Positions 53,907-64,000 of a stretch of 64,000 bases of DNA are shown here, piece after piece. Both the position numbers and the translations under genes were made by a program. Location: the NCBI GenBank assembly GCA_050084515.1, contig CM114271.1, positions 44,764,001-44,828,000 on the forward strand. Direction: 5' to 3'. The notes under the pieces are model-generated. The model searched no databases and was not told where the DNA came from. It worked only from the letters and a program-made list of their open reading frames with translations. The stretch comes from Blasia pusilla (Eukaryota). Position 1 is the stretch's first letter. Every line of letters starts with the position of its first letter.

Positions 53907-55987
53907 CAACCTGCTTCAACTTCCCAAGATACTCACTCGCTTACGCATCCTTCATGTATCTGTCACAAATCCTTCTTTTGAGGTCTGTTTCATTAGGGAA
54001 CATTGCTCTCAAGACTTGTGTCGTCGATGGCATATGCTCATCCTTATGACCTTACGCATCTAGAATGCGATTATCTTTCCCCAATTTGTGGATACCTCCA
54101 CATTCGTCAACGCCAAGGTATCATGCCATCGAAGTTGCTCTGGTGTTACGCGATCCTGGGTCTCAAAATACTTGAGCGATATGTTATCTGTGAATACTCG
54201 AGTCTTGTGAAGTCCCAAACACTGATGCCACTTCCTCAAACAATGAACCACCACAAAAAACTCTTTCTCATGAGTGGACCATCTCCTTCGGTATCGCCAC
54301 TTCCTCAAACAATGAACCACCACGAAAAACTCTTTCTCATGAGTGGACCATCTCCTTTGGTATCGCTAAGCTTCTTGTCTCGTACATAACATGTCTCCCT
54401 TTTTGTACCAACATTCCTGCAATCGCGAAATCACTAGCATCTCTAGTGTTTTCGAATAGATGAGTATGTCATCTATGTAAATGATCCCATATTCATTTGT
54501 CTCTTTATGAAAGATGGAGTTCATCAAAGTGGTGAACATTGGACATGGCATTACCACAAAATCGAACAAACTGTATCTCGTCCTACACGCAATCTTCTCT
54601 ACATCCGCTTCGGCAATCTGAATCTATTAATATCCTCATTTCAGGTCGATCCGAATGAAATACTTGGCACTTGACAATCGATCAAAGAGGTCATCCATCC
54701 TCAAAAGAGGATAGTTTTTCCTTACCGTCACTTTCTTCAGCGCTTAGTAATCGACACAGACTCTCAACTTTCCATCCTTCTTCTTCACAAAGAGAACGGG
54801 TGTTCCATAAGGTGACTTGCTAGTTTGGATGTAACCCCTCTGTAGGAGTTCACCCAACTTTTTCTTCAACTCAACAAGTTCTTCTTGATTCAACCTGTAT
54901 GATGCTTTTGAAGGTGGTTGAGATCCGGGTATCACCTCTATCTTATGATCAACCGCCCTATGTGATGGCAACTCACCCAGAAGCTTCTTAGTCAAAACAT
55001 CTCCAAATTCTTTCACAATTCTCTAGCTTGAGTGTTTCAGGGATTTCCCTTGAAGCTGAGTTCTAATCTCTACATCTGGCGCTTGCGTCATCCTCTACTT
55101 GTCTCATCAAGCAAAGGAATCCTTCCTCTAACTCTTTCAAACTCTTCCTCGTGATGGCGTTCACCAACTTTGTCTTTCTAGGAACCTCATGAACCAATCT
55201 GACGTGCATCCATTTGCCATTCACCAAGACGCTCAACCTCAAAGGTCTTTGCCTAAGTTCCACCTCATATGCATCTAAGAACCTGTTCCCCAAGAATCCA
55301 TCAATTTTGTCCATATTTCAAACTGTGAAATTCTCCTTCAACTCAAATACCCCGCATCCCACAACTAGTCCTAAAACGAACTCTAAGGTCTGGTGAGACT
55401 TGCCTCTTGCGAAACCCAACCTAATGGGTTCTTCCGCCTTAGTGGTCAACAACCCCAATGTCTTCACGATTCTGGGGCTCAAGAAGGAGTGCGTAGCATC
55501 TATATCAACGAGCAACATCACATCGCGATTAGCAATCTTGGATCCTAGGTAAACCAAATTGGGCATCCTCTTGGTGACTTGGAGAGATGTATCTAGGTCT
55601 CTCGCCAATAAAAACTTAGTAGAAAATGCAATCATACTCGGTTTACTAACCGTGGGCCTGACACATTCCTTAGCCATATGCCCAGGTTCGCCACAATTGT
55701 AACAAATCACTTTGGCTTTTGTTGACTTTGAGTACGGCGGCCCTCTTGGCTTTGTGTTGAATACCACTCATTTTGTTGTTGGCGCAAGAGACTCTCCATG
55801 CTTGCGCTCATCCCCATTCCAAACCCTCTAGGACGTCCCTTTATTTTTCGGTAACTTCGAAAAACTTTTATGCTCGAAGGGTTTCTGGCTTTGGACCTCA
55901 TCGTCCTGAATCCACTCCGTTAGCCTCAAAAGCTCCACGCACGTCTCTGGTAGGTGAGGCATAGATAAGAGGGCCTTTTTGGCGCTT
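53907..55987 (-). pseudogene. Chromovirus gag C-terminus, CCHC, protease, RT and partial RNase H
   Basis: CYNCGEPGHMAKEC, LLVDIDATHSFL, KKKDGKLRVCVDY, IYIDDILIYS, VVHCLRKW...VFTDN. Confidence 0.9.
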
Positions 55988-58182
55988 TATCACATCTCAT
56001 TTCAACGAAGGTAGAGTTCTATCGCGTTGACGACATAGAGAATCAGTGGGCTATTCGAGTGTAACTTCATCCCGGAATGTCGGATGAGGTTGGCGAGAGG
56101 TCTGTTGTATCAGGAATATTGTTTATGGTGATTTCCCTATTTTGGTTTTAGGCTGTCAGATGACCCGTTGACCGAGTCAACAATCACTCGGTAACTTGTG
56201 CACGCAGGTTATCGTTTGGAGGCTATTTTTGGGGGAAGAGCCGTTTGGCTCTTTCCAAGAGTATAAGAGTGAGAGAGATGGCTTTCTCAAGCCATCTTTC
56301 TCATGTTGAGCCTTATGAGCACCTCTTTTGCATAGACATATGTGGGTGTGTAGGAGTTAGGGTACTAGCGTCCGGATTTCCCCACTAGCGTTCGATATGT
56401 CGATGTAGATTCATGAGTGGAGTTTTAGGCCGGGTGAGCCATTTTTCCTACTTTTGATTTTACATGAGAAAGATGCAAGGGCAGGGGGAATTCATTGTTT
56501 GCAGGTAGGCAAGCGAGTTGCATCGGTTGGGGAGCTCTTGGAGACATATGTGTCGCGTTTGTTTGTCTTTTTTAAAGTTTGAGAGGCCGTGCACGGAAGC
56601 GCTGCTCATTTTCTCCTGATTTTTGCGGGTGGCGGACTAGAGTAGAGAAGCAGCAGAGTGGCGGACATGGTGCTCGAGTGTAGCACAGAGAGAGAGAGAG
56701 AGAGAACACATTAGGTCACGAAGTGCAACCACCTTGAGGAGGCCGGCCAGGCTAGGTTGCAATTTAGGGCAAGACATTTAGGTCAGGGGCACCGCTCAAG
56801 TTTTGTATAGTTGCGGGTGGAATTTCGGAAGCCAGGGGTAGGCGGGTGGAGTCCGCAAAGTTGAGGGTAAGGAGCCGTTGAGCTAACGCACGAGGTGCAA
56901 AGATTGGGGTGCAGAGTGCGTGGACAGGAGTTGAGAGGCCGTAGGGGATAAGGAAGGCCATTAGGGTCGGGTGACGTACATACGTACATGCCTTTTAACA
57001 TATGTACCATTAAGGGCGGATGCAAGGCCGCATAGGGTGGCGAGCCCGAATGTAGTTGGGCTAGGGAGAAAGGGACGGGGAAGGATGAGGGCACGGGCCA
57101 AGGCCTTCCCCCCCCGGCCGCCTCCATTTAAGTCTGGGAAGGGGTAGAAGGCATTATGGCTCCAAGACAGTAGGAAGGAGTAAGGGCTGGCTCATAGGGA
57201 GCCGCGCCACGCAAGCAGAGCAGGGAGGTAAATGTTTGGGGCTAGGTGAGAGCGACGGGAGGGCTTGGGCCGCACGCTGGGAGACGCCGCACCGGGCTAG
57301 GAAGGAGGAAGGAACGAAGGTGAGAGCAAGGGATGGCTGCATAGGGCGGCGTGCCCGGAGCTCCAAGGACATAGGAAGCTTCATAGGGCAGCGCACCAGC
57401 CAGTCAAGTAAGGGCCGCGGATGGGGCAGCCAGAGTTGGAGAAGGAGATGGGTTGGGAGTGGCTTGGACGGTGTAGGGGTTGAACGTGGTAGGGCAGTCC
57501 GACATGGTACCACAGTTGATGGAAATGACGTGGTAAAGTTGGACGTGGTTGGGGTTGAGCGTGGTTGAGCATTGGTGACACTTGGTGTTTCGCGAGCATG
57601 ATGGGATTCGCGATGGGAGTTTGGCAGTTATTACAAGTCGGTTGGGGGTCAACTCATTAGTTCTTCACCGACTGGGAATTGCGAGGGTTGTGATGGGGAC
57701 ACACGCGCCAACGCAAACGGGAAGGTCAATGTGTTGGTCAAAGAGGGTGTCGTGTTGCGGAGGTTTTCATATCACATGGAGGAGTGAGCGTTGACGGTGC
57801 CGTAGGTTGGAGGGCGTGATCTGGTTACCCATTCGAGTCCTTTTTCTTGCACTTATCTTATGTGATTGAGAGTGCTGGATGGCGGGTAGTTTCTAGGGCT
57901 AGATGGATGTAGCGATGGTGACGAGTGTAGACACCTTTCATATGTAGCATGTTGGTGGATATACTATAGTTTCCAAGTAGGGGTCACGTGTGTTAGTGGC
58001 TTAGGTGAGTTAGTTGGGAGGCTCATGGTGAGCCCGAGTGTTGAGTGTGTGTGAGGCCGGGTGTGTCGTCACGGGATTTCCATTAGCGTAGGTGAGCCAC
58101 GGAGGAGTGTGGGAGATTCTTGGTGAGTCTGAGTGCTTGAGCGGGTGAGACACGGTTTGTCATCACGACATTCTTCCAGGGT

Positions 58183-60684
58183 TTGGAAGAACGGGGTATT
58201 ACGAGCAGTAATAGTGGATTGACATGGAGTGGTGTGAGGTATCGAGGGGTTTCTAGTGAGGAACCACACCAACTTCCATCCATGGCTGGATCGTCATCAC
58301 TAGACAACGGTTCTAGTGATGAGATCTCAGACAGTGACGGTGATACATGGAGAGAGATCAACGACATGGGCCACCAAGGCATGCATCGTTTCTCGGGTGC
58401 GGTAGGCACCATAGATCTACATGATTTCATCCAAGAGTTTGACACGTGATGCGACTTTCAGGAGATACGGACCCCTACGCGGTTCAACCCTTTTATGGCA
58501 TGGAAAGGGTGGTTCTAGCACTTGAAGGGTCCGCCGATGGATGACTGCATGGAGTTCCAATCTCTATACTCTACAGAGATCGATGCTTGGAGGGTCCGCC
58601 GATGGATAACTGCATGGAGTTCCAATCTCTATACTCTACAGAGATCGATGCTTGGAGGGTGTATTGGGCTCCAGGATATGCGTCCACTATTGGTCGCAAG
58701 GCGTATGATGGGATAGTGAGGGCGGAGAGACCTACACTATCAGCTTGGGAATGAGATGGAGAGGATGGCAGTGAGACTGGTGAGGTGGTAGAGACCTCTT
58801 GTGGTAGAAGACCACCAAGTTTCAGTCCTACAATGGATTTCTTTCGATAGTTGGGGAGGAGCTACTAGGGCATGCGGATCGACAAGCTGGAAAATCTACA
58901 AGATTTTCAACGGAGATCGGGTGAGAATCTGAGGGAGGCGTTCAAGCGAATGCATTGGTTGATCGTTGCCTCAAATGGGGTGACTCAGGCGCAGTCAATG
59001 CAGTATTGGTATGGGGTGCTGGATGAGGAGCTATGGAGGAGAGTTTGAGATGCGATGTTGCTTCACATGGGGAAGCCCACATTGAAGGTGGTCTTCTAGT
59101 TGTCTGAGCGGATAGAGCTCAACATGAGTAAGGAGTAGGTGGTGATCACGGGATTTTTGCGAGATACGATAGATCCATGAGTAGAAGTAGACCCATAGAT
59201 CCCCCAAAATACATCAGTACCACCAGAGCAAGCCTCTGGGCCCAGAGAGCAAGGCGGGTATCATATGCCGATGAGGCAACGACCCGTACCGACATATGTT
59301 TCCCAGTAGGGACCAGGGTTGGCTTGTTGGACGTGTGGTGGGTCACATAGGCAAAGGGACAGCCCACAACATGGGAGAGGGCCACGGGTGCCTCCCATTG
59401 CTCAGGAGCCACAGAGGATGGCCCCACCACACTTACAATGTGATCATTGTCACCAATATGGTCACACTAGGGAAAAGGTGTTATGATCTTCGCCGGGAGG
59501 TGCGTCTTGAGGTAGGCTGAGGACTTTGGGGCGAGAGAGTTGGTGGAGATTGAGTGGTAGATGATCGTGGTGGTAGAGTGCCATCACCAGTCACGGGAGA
59601 TGGAGGACGTGCACCCGATGCAGGGCTCCTTACGCGCATTGATCAGTTGGAGCAAAGGATTGCTGCCATGACGATGATGCAGTTACAGGCAGGCGCGGAG
59701 CTGAGAGTAGCTAGTGTAGCGCCAACCTCCACATTATACCATGATGTTGGTGAGGATTGTGCGGGGATGGGATTTATGTGTAGTACGGCTCAGGTTGAGC
59801 CTACTGCGGTGATGAATCGGGGTGCTGCAAGAGTAACCAAGCCATCGAGAGGTGGGGTTGAGATTGACCCATAGGAGGGGATTGATGGGCGGCAAGCCAG
59901 GGTTCCCCAGTCATTCACATTGTCGAAGGCACTACATACACCGTCGATGGTGCCTCGATGATCGGTAGTGTCCACGGGTGGGATAGGTGCGTCGATGTCA
60001 CAAGGAGTTGGAGAGATGACTCCTATGCCGGCTCGAGAGGAGCAAGTGTGGACCACGTTGTTGGAGATGGCCACTAGGATGAGCCACGCTCCGTTTTTTT
60101 CCGCCATGGAGTTGGCGACTTTGGGAGTTGGACCAGTGGATGTGTTACGGCTAGCCGCCACATTGTGTAGGCATGGAGAGTTGATTGCCTCTCGTTCAGA
60201 GATAGTTGAGGAGGTGGTGGGCTTGCCCTCGGAGCAGGAACTCACAACGTTCCCCACTAAGTCATGGCATGTGGCGGCGGCGGAAGTTGGTAGACATGCC
60301 AACTCGACCGGCCATAGAGTGAGCCATGACCACGCCAGTTGTGGTGTTGTTGGATAACTGAGAAGGAGTTTTTCTCTTGGTTAGTCCCACAAGTACGATG
60401 TACCACCCGCAGTGCTTCCTACTTGATTCTGGAGCGCATCCCTTGATGTTAGGGAAGGCGGCATGTTTGGCATTGGGATTACGGAAAGGCAACATTGAGC
60501 GTTGTCCCTTTCAGATACAGACCTCTTGTGGGGGCGTATCACCCACACAGTTCATGACTTGACATGATTTGGTGGTTAGACTCCAACCAGAGCATGAGTC
60601 GGATAATGCAATGGTGCGCAATCGGGCGATTACGACACCGACAAAGTCATATGATGTGTTGGTAGGGGGTACACTGTTGTACCC
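58183..60684 (+). pseudogene. Gag, linker and protease of copy C
   Basis: DFIQEFDT, GPPMDDC, IELNM, FLLDSGAHPLMLGK; many stops. Confidence 0.8.
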
Positions 60685-63231
60685 TTGCTAGATTGGATTC
60701 AAGTGATTCCAATATGCTTATCGAAGACGGGAAAAAATTCAGCTTCGGGAAGCCGCAAAGTCACGCCGACTCGCAAAGCAGTTCAAAGGCGACATCCACA
60801 TACTTCGGCTTTGGGAAAAGACGAGGATTGAACCGAACTTCCAAGACCAAAGCGTGGAAGGGTAAACTTTGAGATGCCTTCAGAAACGGACGCAATGCCC
60901 CAAGAGGATCCTGATGAGACACCCGGCACTAGCGACGAGCCCCCCACTCTTCGTCACATGACACACACAGCAATGCACCTTGTGTGGTTTCTTAATGTGG
61001 CCGTTCCCGTCATGAATCAACTACAACGGGTATTATACTTGGGCGACGAAGCAGAAGTGGACAAGTATCTATAGGCGCTCGATGATATGAATTGTAGGGC
61101 ACAAGCTTTGTCAGATAATGAAGCACAATGAAGAGTGGCACGGAAACAGCTCCAGCTTTGCAATCAAGAACTCAAAGACACTAAAGCGACGCTTCATAAA
61201 ATTCAGACCGAGTTTGTACAAGCCCAGTATGAATCACAAAATGCACGCGAATGGGAAATCTTGGCAATCAATATGGAGTTTGGGGTGGATAAGTTGGTGT
61301 CTCAAGTCAAGGAAGCTTCGCAGCCGGTTTGACAGTACCAACACCAAGTGGCTCTTCTCAAAACAAATTTCAAGAAAGTAGCGGCGCAAAACGCCCAGAT
61401 GTCTAAGTTAACTTCAAGATCAATAGGAAACCAACACAGACTTGGTAGCACAATGGTCATAAGCCATAGGGAGGATCTCAATCTTGGAAGCCGAACAAAA
61501 GCTTCTCAATGAAGTGTAGCTAGACCCTAAAGATGGCAAGGAGATTGTCGAGGAAGCAGGGAAGAACTTCGAACAACAGATGATCAAAGAAATCACCTAT
61601 GTCAACAAACACTAGAAACGCCAGTTCGATAATCATACGAAGTCTCTCCCAGAATTAACACCCACCCTTAGGGTCAGTCTTGAAGAGCTTCCTTCGTTTA
61701 CACCCTCGGATGTCTTAGTCCAAAATGAAGTGCTTGGGACTTTGCTGGTCGTTATTAAGTGGCGAGAGAAAATGAGGAATCACACGCCTTATATCATCAA
61801 CAAACCTTTGACTATCCATGACCGTTTTCCTCCTGCAACCGAGTTTGATAGCCTAGAAGACACATTTATGGATTTAGATGTACCACCACGAAGTGTTCCC
61901 TGGGGCGTCTCACATTTGAGGGAGGGGGTATGTGATACCCAAAATTTTGTAATTTTGGAGATTTATACATTTTGATTCAAGGAATGAAGACTCTTTGAAG
62001 TAAAGTTTGTATATACAAGGCTATCTTGGATATTATTTTTACGTATTGGAAGAATGAGGAGTATTGGAGTGGATCACGAAGCTCCTAGGATAAGGCAAAG
62101 ACGTGGAAAATCAAGGACTTGCCTTGGAGGAGAGGGAAATAAGGTAACGAAGTCTAAAGACCAAGAGCGAAGCTTGAAAAAAAAAAACAATGAAGCCTTA
62201 TTAAGAATGTGTTTATGAAGTGCTTCACTCTTGAACAAAGCACGATGAAGAAGAAGAGGAAGAGGTACTTCGTTCGTCAACGAAGAACAAAGAACAAAGC
62301 ACTTGGAACAAACACGAAGAATGCATCGCTTTGTCCTCAGACAAAGAGGAAGAGCTTCGTCCTCAAAGGAAGAAGAAGAGGTTCTGACTTCGCAGTGAAG
62401 CTAAGACTGGTCGCGATTTCAAACGGCACACCGTGAGGGTAGTTAGGCTAGGAAGAGACGTGGTTTTTGGGACCACATAGAAAGTTAGAACAGTTATGAC
62501 TAGCGGATTCATAAGGATCATAGGAAAAGATAAGAGAATTGTAGATCAAAGTAGTTAAAAGATCCCAATAGGTACCTGCTCAACAAGAAGCGCTTTAGAC
62601 CTTTAGGACTACTACTGTCTCGAAAGATATTTAAGAAGCATGAAAGTAGTTATCAACATCATTCTCTCACAACGTCCTTATGTTGTAGGAATGGTCCAAG
62701 CAAGGGAGTAGTACCCTCTCATGCTTATATACAGTTTGAAGCTTTCTTATTCTTGATGGAATAGTAAAGAATTCCCTTCCGTCATTCTGATGTGCGACAT
62801 GTATTCATGAATAATCTCATTGGGACTGCAGGATGAAGAGTAGATCGGGAAAGCACTTTAACAATTAGAATAATCAACAGCAAGTTGTAAGAAATTTGTT
62901 CGACAGAGAGTAGCCTGCCAAGATGGATTGAGTTCCGAAAGTAGGAGAAGTCTTCTTGTTGAGATCTCAGTGAGGTTCTTTGGTGTTGAGTGAGTATCTA
63001 CCTGAGTGTGAATTCAATTTCATTGGAGAGAATCGAGGAAATAAATTGTGGTACTAATGAAGAAAATAATACAATGATAACTAATTGAATCCAAATTGTA
63101 TACACTTAATTATAACTATTGCAAGATAAACGCCAACTTAAACTCTCTTTTCAGATAATCGTAATCCTCTTGGGGATCGAACTCATTAAATTACCATAAA
63201 AGATCAATTATTATAATTCAAGGACATTACA
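60685..63231 (+). mobile_element. 3' fragment of an unrelated LTR element: decayed extra ORF, PPT (61916-61930) and ~1.3-kb LTR (61931-63231)
   Basis: TTGAGGGAGGGGGTA then TGTGATACC...CATTACA; copy C homology stops at ~60684 and resumes at 63232. Confidence 0.75.
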
Positions 63232-63519
63232 GCCATCTATTGGTGCAGTTTGCACGGAGTAGTGCTGGTCAACCACGTGGGAATACGGTGACCACGTTGG
63301 CAGCATTCACATGTGGTGTTTGCTGATCAAGAGGGTTCGGGGAGAGGATCACACATGCGGAGGACATTCCCGTAGCAGATAGTCCCACGGAGAGACATAC
63401 CACAGTGGGTGTCTCTTCCCATGGTGCAGAGTTGCTGTATTATCATTGGGTACGAGCTTTGAGATGCGTGGAGTGCATACGAGCTCGTGAGACACGTATG
63501 GAGCTGTGTTTATGTTTGG

Positions 63520-63597
63520 AGCAGGGTATAAGAGTGTTAGATCTCTTCAAAGGGATCAACACTACGGGTTGTTGTAGTGTGGCAGTGTTGCAGGGAT
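63520..63597 (+). pseudogene. Residual DNMT motif I in copy C
   Basis: EQGIRVLDLFKGINT...VAVLQG, then jumps to sequence matching the PHD end/3' UTR of copy A. Confidence 0.8.
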
Positions 63598-64000
63598 GAC
63601 GCCATCGATGGTACTAGATGTGTATAGGATAAGAGATCTTGTCGGGAACATATGTGTGTGCTATCTGGAGTTAGGGGGAACCAAGTTCCGACTAGGGGGG
63701 CGATTGTGGGATCCCAATGTACATGCGTGAATGTATTTCGTTTATGCGTGGATCTACCCGTATGTTGGGGAAGATCGGTGTTGTGTGGTAGGTAGATGTG
63801 ACTTGCGATATGGGTTGTGTAGCAATGTGTATGAGCACGACAGCTTGGCTTGAGTCCACTGAAGAAAATCACCTTCTTCGTAAACTCATCCATAGAAAGT
63901 GAGTTCAATTATGCACTGAACTCTTGCACATAAGCACTAAGGGACCCACTTTGTCGCAACCGCACAAACTCCATGCCATCGCGATACTCTTGATGTTTCG

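Larger units (their letters stand above)
55988..63842 (+). mobile_element. DNMT-Gypsy family copy C (A-internal-B; most of DNMT and all RT/RH/IN deleted; nested LTR fragment)
   Basis: Starts TATCACATC (homolog of A1), ends CACGACA, TSD GCTT (55984-55987 / 63843-63846); host gag frame FFSGLKPS-AKKALL rejoins across it; PBS 56462-56475; PPT 63694-63703. Confidence 0.92.

Noticed and set aside
56764-57652. Antisense ORFs in the long leader of copy C (and similar in A and B)
   Set aside because: Pro/Ser-rich by-products of a G-rich plus strand; no frame clearly conserved among the three copies

Overview
Eukaryotic, plant-like, repeat-dense (heterochromatin-like) window with no intact host gene I can support. 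It is dominated by nested, decayed transposons. The notable content is three copies (A 6213-14121, B ~33811-43121, C 55988-63842, all + strand) of a Ty3/Gypsy-type retrotransposon family. Its polyprotein reads Gag-2xCCHC-protease-DNMT3-like C5 cytosine methyltransferase-RT-RNaseH-DDE integrase-PHD finger. The family has atypical termini: a split or permuted LTR (A-internal-B-A-B or A-internal-B), TG..CA ends and 4-bp TSDs. Its primer-binding site is complementary to its own predicted transcript start (Tf1-like self-priming), and a possible UAG-CARYYA leaky stop separates DNMT from RT. Copies B and C and a CACTA element (46063-53906) are inserted into one minus-strand chromovirus. All copies carry stops or frameshifts.
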